Assembly: GCA_964441805.1 (NCBI GenBank)
Contig: CAYTVH010000002.1
Span: 1-56,710 of the forward strand
Length of the DNA stretch: 56,710 nucleotides
Direction of reading: 5' to 3'
Source: an uncultured Oscillospiraceae bacterium
Lineage (GTDB): Bacteria; Bacillota; Clostridia; Peptostreptococcales; Anaerovoracaceae
Under the pieces are notes generated by a model. The model saw only the letters and a program-made list of their open reading frames with translations. It was not told the origin of the DNA and did no database searches. Numbering within the stretch: the first letter of the stretch is position 1; every line of letters starts with the position of its first letter. Both the position numbers and the translations under genes were made by a program. This document shows, one piece after another, positions 18,626-28,592 of this stretch.

Positions 18626-20416
18626 CTAATTTATATCCAGCTCTGAAAGCTTTCTATACAGTGTTGCTCTGGAAAGACCCAGCTCTTTGGCCACGGTCTC
18701 TTTGACCCCGCCTGCCTGTTTGAGCTTCTTGGTGATGATTTCTTTCTCGTAAAGTCTCACCTGCTCAGCCAGCGGCTTGTCCAGATTCTTGAATTTAACT
18801 ATTTCTTCCTCTTTCTTGAGGATCCTTGCCGGAACTTCGTCCATGCCGATGAACTTGCCGAATGCCATGTTGGTGCCGTACTCTACGGCGTTTTCCAATT
18901 CTCTGACATTCCCTGCCCAGTCATGGTTAATGTAAAGTTCCTCCACCTCCGGTGTGAACCCCTCTATTTTGCGGTTCATGTAGGTGTTGTATTTTCTGAG
19001 GAAGTGATACATCAGCGTCTTGATATCTTCCCGTCTCTCCCTTAAAGGAGGGATCGAAAGGGGAATAACGCTGAGCCTGTAGTAAAGGTCTTCTCTGAAA
19101 GTACCTTCATCTATCATCTTTTCAAGATCTTTATTGGTGGCTGCGATAACTCGTACATCCACAAGGATGCTCTTGTTGCCTCCGACCCTTTCAAATCTCA
19201 TGTTCTGGAGCACATGGAGAAGTTTCACCTGCAGATGCAGAGGCATATCTCCTATTTCATCAAGGAATATGGTTCCTCCGTCTGCCAGTTCGAACTTTCC
19301 TTCTTTCCCTTTTTCGTTGGCCCCTGTGAAAGCGCCTTTTTCGTATCCAAAGAGTTCACTTTCCATCAGGTTCTCAGGGATGGCTCCGCAGTTGACGGTT
19401 ATGAACGGTGCGTCGCCTCTGGCGCTGGCATAATGTATAGCCTTGGCGAACATCTCCTTCCCCGTGCCGCTTTCTCCGGTAATAAGCACCGTAGAATTGC
19501 TTCTGGCTGTGATCATCGCCTGTTTCTTGGCCTTCATTATTTCCTTACCGGAACCGATTATATCATCAACTGTGTTTTTGATGTTTCGCGTACTGAAATT
19601 ATATACCAGCTTCTGAGCTTCTTCAATGTCTCTGAAAGAAACTACCACACCGTCGATGTCATCACCCGATGAATAAGGTTTGGCTGTCACGATGAAGTGG
19701 AGCTGTCTTCCGTCCACCTTGAAGATTTCTTCATTTTCCGTGTAGCCTGTGCCTGTATCCAGAACCTTGATGGCAGGGCTGCCGGGCATCAGCTTGCTGA
19801 TATGGCTTCCTGCAAGGTCTGTCTTGGTGGTTCCGAACAATGTGGCTGCCCTGTTATTGCAGTGTTTGACATACCCTCTTTTGTCGAGGGCGAAAATTCC
19901 TTCGTGGGCAGTTTCCAATACCGTGGACATCTCGTCCCTTGAAACCTCCACGTTCTCCAGGATCTCCTGCTGATCGGCTTTGGCTGCCAAAAGATCCGCC
20001 ATCTTCTCAACGAAAACGGTCATACTTCCACTCTTGTTGAGAAGGATCTTCTTCTGTTCTTCAGTGAAGGCCACAAGACCAATTATTCCTATTATCTCGC
20101 CGTTGAGAATAATAGGTGTGCATATCTCAGCCAGTTCTCCACGGAAACTCTTACCTGCTGCAAAGCTGCCGTAGCTCTTGTCGTTGACTGCATCGGCAAC
20201 GTACTGGGTAACACCCGTCCTAAGCACTCTGGCATAGAGAAAATTGCCTTCCAGATCTCCGCCTTCTTCCTTCTGACCGATACGTGACTGGTAGACTCCT
20301 GTTCCTCCCACTATATTCAGTTGGTTGTCGACTATCTCGACTTCAACGCCCACAGCAATACTGATGGCTTCCGCCACCTGCTGTACGCTTTCCCTTATAC
20401 CGCTTAAGACAGACAT
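18626..20416 (-). CDS. Sigma54-dependent enhancer-binding protein (GAF-like/PAS + AAA+ + HTH)
   Basis: [57 protein letters not shown]; start could alternatively be TTG 20437. Confidence 0.93.
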   Translation of the reverse strand: MSVLSGIRESVQQVAEAISIAVGVEVEIVDNQLNIVGGTGVYQSRIGQKEEGGDLEGNFLYARVLRTGVTQYVADAVNDKSYGSFAAGKSFRGELAEICTPIILNGEIIGIIGLVAFTEEQKKILLNKSGSMTVFVEKMADLLAAKADQQEILENVEVSRDEMSTVLETAHEGIFALDKRGYVKHCNNRAATLFGTTKTDLAGSHISKLMPGSPAIKVLDTGTGYTENEEIFKVDGRQLHFIVTAKPYSSGDDIDGVVVSFRDIEEAQKLVYNFSTRNIKNTVDDIIGSGKEIMKAKKQAMITARSNSTVLITGESGTGKEMFAKAIHYASARGDAPFITVNCGAIPENLMESELFGYEKGAFTGANEKGKEGKFELADGGTIFLDEIGDMPLHLQVKLLHVLQNMRFERVGGNKSILVDVRVIAATNKDLEKMIDEGTFREDLYYRLSVIPLSIPPLRERREDIKTLMYHFLRKYNTYMNRKIEGFTPEVEELYINHDWAGNVRELENAVEYGTNMAFGKFIGMDEVPARILKKEEEIVKFKNLDKPLAEQVRLYEKEIITKKLKQAGGVKETVAKELGLSRATLYRKLSELDIN

Positions 20417-20565
20417 TACTGTTCCCCTATATGTCAACTGTAACTAATCAACTAAATACCTGTCTCCATTCTATCATAACGACCGTATGATTTTAAAGAT
20501 TAATTCTCATTTTTAACACACTATGTTGGCTTTATTCGTTAACTTTTCAGCTGATAATCCTGTTG

Positions 20566-22206
20566 TTACTCGCCGACTGCCGCTCCCAGGTTTATGGCCG
20601 ACTTTTCCAGTTCCAAAACGATATTATTGATCATTGCCAGCCTTTCGGGATCGACCCTGCCATCGACAGCCAAGTTGGCATTATAAAGGATATCCTCAAG
20701 CCTCCTATGGATGTCTGCCAGATTGTTCCTTGTCTTGCTGAGAGCTTCCTCATCCATGGCATCGGCCATGGCCTGCTGCATATTTACGATCTCATCTTTT
20801 TCCAGAACGAATTCGGAATTTCCGCGGACTACGATAGGTTCATATCCCAGTTCTTCCTTGACGGAAGCCGCAAAATCTTCTTTTGCATCCATTTCACCGT
20901 GGACGAGGAATATATGTTTAGGCTCTTTCTTAAAGCCGCCGAGCCAGGCCATCAGCCCATTTTTGTCTGCATGTCCGGAAAAGCCCTGCAGATTGTGGAT
21001 CTGCGCCTTTACATTGATTTTTTCTCCGAAGAGAGTTACTTCCTGAGCGCCCTCAACTATCAGCCTTCCAAGGGACCCTTCCGCCTGATAGCCTACGAAT
21101 ACTATGCTGTTTCTTTCATCCCAAAGGTTATGCTTGAGATGGTGTCTGATCCTGCCTGCTTCGCACATACCGCTGGCAGAAATGATCACTTTCGGCTCTT
21201 TACTTGCGTTGAGCATCATGGATTCCTGGGTGCTTCTTGTGAATTTAAGATTCTTGAATTCCAGCGGATTGTCGCCTCTTGTTATGTATTCCTTGGTTTC
21301 TTCGTCAAATACCTGCGCATTCCTCTTGAATACTTCGGTGGCAGTTGTCGCCATAGGGCTGTCTATGTAAACCTTCAGGTCTTCGAAATCCTTGCGGTAT
21401 TCACTGTCCGAGTCGATGACTCTGTTGAGTTCGTAGATCAGTTCCTGCGTCCTTCCCACCGCAAATGCCGGGATCACCGTAGTGCCGCCTCTTGCAGCAG
21501 TATCCCTGATTATATCCATCAATCTTTTGACATCCATGGCGTTGGCCGGATGGAGCCTGTTGCCGTATGTGGCTTCCATTATCACATAGTCGGCCTTCTT
21601 GATGATGGTCGGATTTCTCAATATCGGCCTGTCCATGACGCCCAGATCTCCGGAAAAGACTATTTTTGATACGTTGTCGCCTTCTGTTACCCAAAGTTCT
21701 GTGATGGCTGAGCCGAGGATATGGCCTGCATCGTTGAAACAGATCTTGATCTCTTCATCTATTTCCACCAGCTGGTCATAAAGAACAGGCTTCACGAATG
21801 TCAGCGCATCCATGGCGTCGTTGAATGTATACAAAGGCTCCACCATCGGTCTGCCTTTACGTTCATTTTTCTTATTGGCCCATTCTGCCTCTTTTTCATG
21901 TATATATCCGCTGTCTTTAAGCATAACTTCCAGCAAATCACCGCATGCGTCTGTACAATAAATAGGGCCCTTGAAACCTCTCTTCACCAGCAGAGGTATC
22001 CTGCCGCAGTGGTCGATATGAGGATGGCTCAATATCATGAAATCGACTTCTGCAGGGTCGAATGGAAAGTCTTCATAGTTTAGGGCCTCTTGCGCCTTGC
22101 CGCCCTGGAACTGTCCGCAGTCCAGAAGTATCTTGTGTTTTTCTGTAGTTATCAGATGGCAGGAGCCTGTAACTGTATTTGACGCTCCGCAAAATTGTAT
22201 TTTCAT
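20566..22206 (-). CDS. MBL-fold beta-CASP metallo-hydrolase (RNA-processing type)
   Basis: VTGSCH, HPHIDH, AGHILGS, FSGDLG, FAVGRTQE, SASGMCEAGR, FSGHAD. Confidence 0.92.
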   Translation of the reverse strand: MKIQFCGASNTVTGSCHLITTEKHKILLDCGQFQGGKAQEALNYEDFPFDPAEVDFMILSHPHIDHCGRIPLLVKRGFKGPIYCTDACGDLLEVMLKDSGYIHEKEAEWANKKNERKGRPMVEPLYTFNDAMDALTFVKPVLYDQLVEIDEEIKICFNDAGHILGSAITELWVTEGDNVSKIVFSGDLGVMDRPILRNPTIIKKADYVIMEATYGNRLHPANAMDVKRLMDIIRDTAARGGTTVIPAFAVGRTQELIYELNRVIDSDSEYRKDFEDLKVYIDSPMATTATEVFKRNAQVFDEETKEYITRGDNPLEFKNLKFTRSTQESMMLNASKEPKVIISASGMCEAGRIRHHLKHNLWDERNSIVFVGYQAEGSLGRLIVEGAQEVTLFGEKINVKAQIHNLQGFSGHADKNGLMAWLGGFKKEPKHIFLVHGEMDAKEDFAASVKEELGYEPIVVRGNSEFVLEKDEIVNMQQAMADAMDEEALSKTRNNLADIHRRLEDILYNANLAVDGRVDPERLAMINNIVLELEKSAINLGAAVGE

Positions 22207-22274
22207 ATCCATACCTCCTCATTAATGATCCCTTTTGTCTACATTATACCCCTAAGCAGCCTATATTTCTACAC

Positions 22275-22306
22275 AAAAAGAAGACCGCCGTTAAACGGCG
22301 ATCTTC
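22275..22306 (-). terminator. Intrinsic terminator after preA
   Basis: GAAGATCGCCGT-TTA-ACGGCGGTCTTC followed by TTTTT. Confidence 0.75.
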
Positions 22307-22347
22307 TCTGTATAAATAAGTTTAAATGTAGTTTGTTTGGCTCGATC

Positions 22348-23637
22348 TTAGATGTACTGCTTCTTGAACGCGATGTCAACAGGATTTCTGCCTTCCTTCC
22401 ACTGGATTTCTCCAGGAGTGATGCAGCCCTGTACAGGACATACGTTGAGGCACAGATGGCAACCAACGCAGTTGTCGTTCAGTTCAGGTCTTCTCTTCTT
22501 TTCGTTCCAGTCGATAGCCTGGTGAGCAGCATCGTAGCATGATACATAGCATCTTCCGCATCCAACGCACTTCTTGTCGTCGAACTTAGGCAGCAGTCTG
22601 AAGTCTCTGTTCAGTTCTTCTGCAGGAATGATGTTAGGCAGAGCGCATCCGATGAACTGATCCAGATTGTCAAATCCTCTTTCATCCATGAAGTGGGACA
22701 GACCTGAGATCATATCTTCTACGATTCTGTATCCGTACTGCATGATAGCTGTAGTAACCTGTACTGTTCTGCAGCCTACTGCCAGGAATTCTGCAGCATC
22801 TCTCCAAGTTTCGATACCGCCGATACCGGACATTTCGTGACCATAACCGAAGTCATAACCTTTTTCCTTAACCAGCTGGTGGATTTCTGCGTCCTGCTGA
22901 ACCTGAGTACAGAATCTCAGTGCGATAGGCTTAACAGCAGCTCCGGAGTAACCGGAAATCGATGACTTACCGTTTACTACAGGCATTGCAGTCATGTTTT
23001 CGAAGTCCAGGTTAGTGATTGACTTGATTGTGTTGATGGCTGATACAGCAGCAGCACCGCCCTTGATGGCAGCTCTTGCATGTTCTTCCATGTTCTTGCA
23101 GTTTGGAGTCATCTTAGCAATGAACGGAATATCTGTTACTGATGTTACAGCTCTTGCATACTTTTCAACTAATTCGTTGTTTGTACCAACGTCGGAACCC
23201 ATGTCGTGTGAAGTCATCTGAGGACATGAGAAGTTACCTTCGATCAGAGGAACGCCTGCTTCGTCACACATCTTAGCCAGCTGCTTCCATTCTTCTTCTG
23301 AAGAACCCATGATAGTAGCAACTGTTACGTGTTCAGGATAATCTCTAACCAGTCTGTAGATGTATTCAAAGTTCTGTTCAGTTGGTTTGTCTGAGATCTG
23401 TTCCATGTTCTTGAATCCCAGCCAAGGGAGACCTTCCTTGTTAGTCTGGTCAAATCTTGGGGAACATTCGTCAGCTACGAAGATACCTACTGTCTTGAAG
23501 AAACAGCCAGCCCAACCTGTTTCGTAGCACTTTCTAACCATGTCATAGTTTCCGCCTACCGGTGATGATGAAAGGAAGAACGGATTCTGACATTTTACTC
23601 CTAAATAGTTTACGGATAAATCTTTCTTAATTGCCAT
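22348..23637 (-). CDS. preA: Dihydropyrimidine dehydrogenase subunit PreA
   Basis: KNMEQIS, catalytic NFSCPQM, KMTPN, AINTIKS, GYSGAAVKPIAL, two 4Fe-4S motifs (CVGCGRCYVSC, CVGCHLCLNVCP). Confidence 0.95.
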   Translation of the reverse strand: MAIKKDLSVNYLGVKCQNPFFLSSSPVGGNYDMVRKCYETGWAGCFFKTVGIFVADECSPRFDQTNKEGLPWLGFKNMEQISDKPTEQNFEYIYRLVRDYPEHVTVATIMGSSEEEWKQLAKMCDEAGVPLIEGNFSCPQMTSHDMGSDVGTNNELVEKYARAVTSVTDIPFIAKMTPNCKNMEEHARAAIKGGAAAVSAINTIKSITNLDFENMTAMPVVNGKSSISGYSGAAVKPIALRFCTQVQQDAEIHQLVKEKGYDFGYGHEMSGIGGIETWRDAAEFLAVGCRTVQVTTAIMQYGYRIVEDMISGLSHFMDERGFDNLDQFIGCALPNIIPAEELNRDFRLLPKFDDKKCVGCGRCYVSCYDAAHQAIDWNEKKRRPELNDNCVGCHLCLNVCPVQGCITPGEIQWKEGRNPVDIAFKKQYI

Positions 23638-23638
23638 T

Positions 23639-24898
23639 CTATTTCACTCCTTTCTTTTCAAGGTAAGCAATCATAGCGTCTGCAGCTTCCTTACCTGCTG
23701 CTACAGCTTCAACAACAGTCTTACCACCGTTTACGATGTCTCCTGCTGCGAAGAACTTACCGCCAGCCTTGCCCTTAGGTGCCTTGATCAGGCCCTTGTC
23801 AGCAACCTTTACAGGAGCTACTGCAGTCTGATCTTCAGCAGTCTGGCCTGTTGCGAATACGATAGTATCAGCACTCAGAACCAGCTGAGCAGCTTCATCT
23901 CTGAAGCCCTTGAATTCTACTGCTTCAACCTTGTCAGCACCCTTGATAGCTGCAGGAGCCATTCCTGTTGTGATGCCGATGCCCAGTGAAAGTGCATAGT
24001 GGAATTCAGTCATGTTTCCTGGAGCTTCTTCCAGAGTTCTTCTGTAAACGATCTTAACATCTTCAGCGCCCAGTAACTTAGCAGTTACAGCACAGTCAAC
24101 AGCTACGTCTCCGCCGCCTACTACGAGAACTTTCTTTCCGGGATCGAAAGCAGCTTTCTGAGTTCTTGCTGCCTTCAGGAAATCTACTGCTGAGTATACT
24201 CCAGCCAGTTCGATTCCTTCGATCTTAGGCAGGTTAGCTCCCCACAGACCTGTTCCTACGAATACTGCATCGTATTCTTCCAGGTCAGCAGCCTTAACTT
24301 CCTTACCTAATTCAAACTTCACGCCAAGGCCCTTAACCTGTGCGATGTCGTGATCTACTACTGCCTGAGGGAGTCTTGAAGGAACGATTCCATATGTAAG
24401 AACTCCGCCGGCCTTTTCTTCTCTTTCGAAGATAGTTACTTTGTAACCGGCCTTAGCCAGTTCAGCTGCTGCTGCCAGTGAAGCAGGACCAGCACCTACG
24501 CAAGCAACCTTAGCTGCCTTTTTCTTTGCAGGAGCCTTCAGGATCTTCATCTTGAATACCTTTTCCTGTTCGATAGCATATCTCTGCAGTTTGCCGATCT
24601 GGATCGGCTTGTCGATACCGCATCTTGAACATGCTTCTTCACACAGTCTGTCATAAGGACATACTCTTGCACAAGTTCCGCCCAGGACGTTGTTTTCTCT
24701 GATTGTTTCGGCTGCACCTTTTACGTTTCTGAATCTAATTGATCTGATGAACTTAGCAGGATCAGTTCCTGCAGGGCAGCCCTGGCTGCATGGTGCATCG
24801 TGGCACAGCAGGCATCTTGCTGCTTCTTCCATAGCGGTTCTGTGAGTGAATCCGGCTACAGCTTCAGCAGTGTACTTTGCTTTTACTACTTTACTCAA
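23639..24898 (-). CDS. preT: Dihydropyrimidine dehydrogenase subunit PreT (GltD-like FAD/NAD(P)H/Fe-S)
   Basis: EAARCLLCHDAPC, CARVCP, GAGPAS, GGGDVAVD, AGDIVNGGKTVV; TTG start with AGGAGG RBS; adjacent to preA. Confidence 0.93.
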   Translation of the reverse strand: MSKVVKAKYTAEAVAGFTHRTAMEEAARCLLCHDAPCSQGCPAGTDPAKFIRSIRFRNVKGAAETIRENNVLGGTCARVCPYDRLCEEACSRCGIDKPIQIGKLQRYAIEQEKVFKMKILKAPAKKKAAKVACVGAGPASLAAAAELAKAGYKVTIFEREEKAGGVLTYGIVPSRLPQAVVDHDIAQVKGLGVKFELGKEVKAADLEEYDAVFVGTGLWGANLPKIEGIELAGVYSAVDFLKAARTQKAAFDPGKKVLVVGGGDVAVDCAVTAKLLGAEDVKIVYRRTLEEAPGNMTEFHYALSLGIGITTGMAPAAIKGADKVEAVEFKGFRDEAAQLVLSADTIVFATGQTAEDQTAVAPVKVADKGLIKAPKGKAGGKFFAAGDIVNGGKTVVEAVAAGKEAADAMIAYLEKKGVK

Positions 24899-25034
24899 TT
24901 TAATTCCTCCTTATGGCATTTTCGCTCATGGTTTATGGATAAAAAGCTGCATTTCCCGCAGGCTTTTAAAGTCTATTGAAAATGCAGCTAAACCAAACTT
25001 AGATTAGAGTCTTATGGTATCTCGGTCGCCCGGA

Positions 25035-26330
25035 TTAAAACTCAGGGGAAGCGTCGCACTTCAGAACAGCGTTCAGAGTTGCAGTTGCTACTAATGTGCA
25101 GTCTTCGTCTGATACGTGTTCAGGTTCGCAGTGTGACAGACCGTCCTTAGTTCTTGCGAACAGCATTGTTGTAGGGATCACATACTGACAGAACTGAGCG
25201 TCGTGTCCTGCACCTGACAGGATCTTCTGCCATTTAGCGCCCATTTCTTCCATTGATTCTTCAACAAATCCAACCAGTCTGCTGTCGAATGGTACAGTAT
25301 CTCTTACCCACTGTTCCTTGATTTCGCACTTGCACTGCTGCCATTCCTGAGCAGCCAGTTCCTTCAGGATTTCCATGCAGTGTTTTCTTACTTCAGGATC
25401 AGGATGTCTTACGTCCAGTGACATGTAAACTTCATCAGGAATTACTGTGTGGATGCAAGGATGTGCCTGGATTTCACCGGTTGTGAATACGAATTCCGGC
25501 TGTCCCTGAGCAACAACTTCCTTGTTGTATTCGTCATATTTCTTGTGAAGTTCGCAAAGGAAATCAGCACATGCATGCAGAGCATCATGTCTCTTAGCCA
25601 TTGGGAATGTACCAGCGTGAGCTGAGAATCCGTAGAATCTGATTGCATAATTGAACATACCCATTACCAGCTGTACAGCACCGATTTCGTTTCCGTTATC
25701 TTCAAGGATAGGTCCCTGTTCCAGATGAGCTTCGAACATAGCGCAGTACTTGTCTGGGCTCAGTCTGTTTTCTTTTGGTCCGGTGTAAGGTGATGCAGCC
25801 AGAGCTTCGCCGAATGTTGCGAATTCTGATTCGTCCATTGGAGTTGACTTCATCATGTTTTCATACAGGAAGTTTGGCTTCAGTTCTTCTGGCAGATAGT
25901 CGTGGCAGATGATTCCGGATACCATCATTGCTGGTGGATACAGTGAACCTTCTTCATTTGTCCAGATCATAGCTGTCAGTGGATGCTTATGAGGGATACC
26001 TTCTGCTGCTACTGTTTCCAGTACTTCCATAGCTGTCATAACGCCCAGGATACCGTCGTAGTTTCCGCCGTTCTTAACTGAGTCACAGTGTGAACCCATA
26101 ACGATTCTCTTAGCGTCAGGATCTGAACCTGGAAGAGTTGCGTACATGCAAGCTACGTCGTCGCATTCTACTACAGCGCCGATAGCTTCCATTCTCTTCT
26201 TGAATTCAGCTCTAGCCATGTTAGCTTCTTTTGACAGTGAGTATCTTGTGATACCGCCGTGTCCAGCGTCACCAAACTGTGCAAAAGTTTTGATTTTGTC
26301 TGACATTCTTTCTAAACTACACTTATACAT
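25035..26330 (-). CDS. Zn-dependent N-carbamoyl-amino-acid amidohydrolase (beta-ureidopropionase, PydC-like)
   Basis: GSHCDSV, GNYDG, NEEG, EAHLEQGP, HAGT, SGAGHDAQ, GLSHCEPE; ATG 26330. Confidence 0.9.
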   Translation of the reverse strand: MYKCSLERMSDKIKTFAQFGDAGHGGITRYSLSKEANMARAEFKKRMEAIGAVVECDDVACMYATLPGSDPDAKRIVMGSHCDSVKNGGNYDGILGVMTAMEVLETVAAEGIPHKHPLTAMIWTNEEGSLYPPAMMVSGIICHDYLPEELKPNFLYENMMKSTPMDESEFATFGEALAASPYTGPKENRLSPDKYCAMFEAHLEQGPILEDNGNEIGAVQLVMGMFNYAIRFYGFSAHAGTFPMAKRHDALHACADFLCELHKKYDEYNKEVVAQGQPEFVFTTGEIQAHPCIHTVIPDEVYMSLDVRHPDPEVRKHCMEILKELAAQEWQQCKCEIKEQWVRDTVPFDSRLVGFVEESMEEMGAKWQKILSGAGHDAQFCQYVIPTTMLFARTKDGLSHCEPEHVSDEDCTLVATATLNAVLKCDASPEF

Positions 26331-26378
26331 TATAATCATCCTCCTTTGTTTGATGAAATCTATAATTGCTTCTGGCTT

Positions 26379-26392
26379 TGTAACCAGTTACA
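26379..26392. promoter_or_regulatory. LacI-family operator-like palindrome TGTAAC-CA-GTTACA
   Basis: 14-bp palindrome just downstream of the -10 box of the carbamoylase-preT-preA promoter. Confidence 0.6.
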
Positions 26393-26405
26393 TATCAGTA
26401 CATAT

Positions 26406-26433
26406 ATGATATCACGTTTTCAGAATATTTCAA
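26406..26433 (-). promoter_or_regulatory. sigmaA promoter of the pyrimidine catabolic operon
   Basis: TTGAAA-16 nt-TATCAT with extended TG. Confidence 0.55.
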
Positions 26434-26448
26434 GCTCTTTTTAGCAAA

Positions 26449-27558
26449 TCACCACTCCAGCTTTAATTTTTTTGCCGGGCAAATAAATGTGCATAATCCG
26501 CAGCCCATACACTTGGAACTATCGGCTACAACGGTGTCTGCTTCACGGTTTATGGCACCGTACAAGCAAGCAACGGTGCACTTATCACAGTTTTCTGTAC
26601 ATGGCACGCTCTTTACTGTACTCACCGCCGGCTCGATTTTCATTTCATCGAAAGATTTGAGGTTTTCAAGGGCTTTTCCGCGAATTTCTGCAATGGAGCC
26701 AAGTTCGTGATTCCGGCACCATTCTTCTATTTCACCGATGATCCTGCCGATGGAGTCTCTGCCCTCCAGCATGACGGTAGTACCCACCTGGACTGCCGAT
26801 GCACCCATCATCATGTATTCTATGGCATTCTTACCGCTGCTGATCCCGCCTATGCCGCAGATGGGGATATCAACTGTCTGCGAAATAGTTGCCACTGATG
26901 CCAGCCCGAGAGGTCTTATGTATTCGCCGGAGATGCCGCCATAGGTGGACAGCGTAGGCTGTGCTGTTTCTATATCCACTCCCAGGATCCCTCTTACGGC
27001 ATTGATGGCACTGACACATGAACCGCCTGCCGCCTTTACGGCTTTGGCCACTTTGGAAATGTTCGTGGTGTTCTGGGAAAGTTTCACCATTACGGGCAAT
27101 TTGACGGCTGCCACGACTTCCTTGGTCATTTCATAAACTATATTGGCGTGGGAAGCGACCACTTCAAGCCCTTCACCCATAGGGTTTGATACGGAGATCT
27201 CTATGGCATCGGCTCCGAACTTCTCCAGCTTGCTGGCCAAGTATACCAGTTCAGAAGGGGTGTGTGCAGATACACTGGCTATGACTATGCCGCCGTTGCT
27301 CTTGGCGATGGTCATCTCCCTTTCCCATCCTTCTATCTGTATGTCGCTGTAAAGTCTTATATTTTGAGCTCCGTTCTCATCACAGGCTATCCTCGGACGC
27401 ACGTCAAGCATCGCATCGCTGACGATACTTTCGGTTATAACAGCTCCTGCACCTGATGCGATGGATTGCTTCAAAGCCGCCCCATCTCTGTTCCACGGAC
27501 CTGCTGCGATTATTATTGGATTTTTTAACTCCAGGCCTAAAAAATTCGTCTTCAGCAT
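26449..27558 (-). CDS. PreA/dihydroorotate-dehydrogenase-like protein with two 4Fe-4S motifs, lacking the catalytic Cys
   Basis: NPIIIAAGP, GGISG, GIGGI, VQVGT, CMGCGLCTFICP; active-site loop reads EISVSNP. Confidence 0.85.
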   Translation of the reverse strand: MLKTNFLGLELKNPIIIAAGPWNRDGAALKQSIASGAGAVITESIVSDAMLDVRPRIACDENGAQNIRLYSDIQIEGWEREMTIAKSNGGIVIASVSAHTPSELVYLASKLEKFGADAIEISVSNPMGEGLEVVASHANIVYEMTKEVVAAVKLPVMVKLSQNTTNISKVAKAVKAAGGSCVSAINAVRGILGVDIETAQPTLSTYGGISGEYIRPLGLASVATISQTVDIPICGIGGISSGKNAIEYMMMGASAVQVGTTVMLEGRDSIGRIIGEIEEWCRNHELGSIAEIRGKALENLKSFDEMKIEPAVSTVKSVPCTENCDKCTVACLYGAINREADTVVADSSKCMGCGLCTFICPAKKLKLEW

Positions 27559-28592
27559 TAAAACATCTCTCCAATTCTTTCTTTATGTCCACATGATTTT
27601 CTTATTCTCAGCTTTGTCTGAAGAGTGATCTGTTTTGGTTCCTGATCGCTCGATTCTTCCTCTTTTTCTTCTGCTTCGATCAGGTCAAAGAGAAGTCTTG
27701 CTCCATATACTCCCATCTTGTGGAACGGCAGCTCTACGGTAGTCAGTTTAGGCTCCACCAAATTCGACATCCTGGCGTTGCCAAAGCCTGCAACTGCAAT
27801 GTCATCAGGCACTTTGAGACCGCTGTCCTTTATGGCATCCATGGCGCCGTAAGCGATCTCATCACTTGTGGTAAATATGGCCTTTGGAGGGCTTCCTGCC
27901 ATCATCTTCTTGGCACCCAGATACCCACCCTCTATTGTATTTTCGACGGACTTGATATATTCGTCCAAAACTTCGATATCGTTCTTTTTGAGGATATTTT
28001 TGTAGCCTTCCAACATATCCATGGTTTCCTGATACGGGTCGCTTCCGTATAAAATGCCTATACTGCTGTGACCGTTGTCCACCAGCTGTGAAACCATGTT
28101 TTCAGCTCCCAGCCTGCAGTCCACCTTAACGGTATTGAACCCTTTGGCACATTTATCTTCGCCAATGATGACTACAGGAACATCCTGTTCTTCCACGGAC
28201 TTGATGAACTTTTCCTCCAAAGAAGAAAACATCAGGATTATGCCATCAACTCGTCTGGTAAGGAGCTGTTCGATATAGTTCTTTTCGATTTCCCTGTTCT
28301 TCTCCACGTTGCACATGAAAGTTATGTATCCTTTCTGTTGGGCCACATCTTCAACGCCTTTGGCGATTTCCATGTACATGGTGTTGAGCATATGGGGGAT
28401 AACCAGTCCTATGGTCTTGGTCTTATTGAAGTTGAGTCCTTGAGCAAACCAGTTGGGCTTGTACTCTTCTTCCTCCATTATCTTCAGTATTTTGTCTCTC
28501 GTTTTTGGTGCTACATTTTCAGGATGGTTGAGCACTCTGGAAACGGTCGCGACCGAAACTCCCGCCGCTTTAGCGATTTGCTTGATATTCAT
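27558..28592 (-). CDS. LacI-family transcriptional regulator
   Basis: MNIKQIAKAAGVSVATVSRVLN HTH, YKPN, VPDDIAVAGF, LTTV. Confidence 0.97.
   Translation of the reverse strand: MNIKQIAKAAGVSVATVSRVLNHPENVAPKTRDKILKIMEEEEYKPNWFAQGLNFNKTKTIGLVIPHMLNTMYMEIAKGVEDVAQQKGYITFMCNVEKNREIEKNYIEQLLTRRVDGIILMFSSLEEKFIKSVEEQDVPVVIIGEDKCAKGFNTVKVDCRLGAENMVSQLVDNGHSSIGILYGSDPYQETMDMLEGYKNILKKNDIEVLDEYIKSVENTIEGGYLGAKKMMAGSPPKAIFTTSDEIAYGAMDAIKDSGLKVPDDIAVAGFGNARMSNLVEPKLTTVELPFHKMGVYGARLLFDLIEAEEKEEESSDQEPKQITLQTKLRIRKSCGHKERIGEMF

Noticed and set aside
20566..22206. MBL hydrolase as the missing dihydropyrimidinase
   Set aside because: It has beta-CASP/RMMBL nuclease motifs and is separated from preA by a terminator
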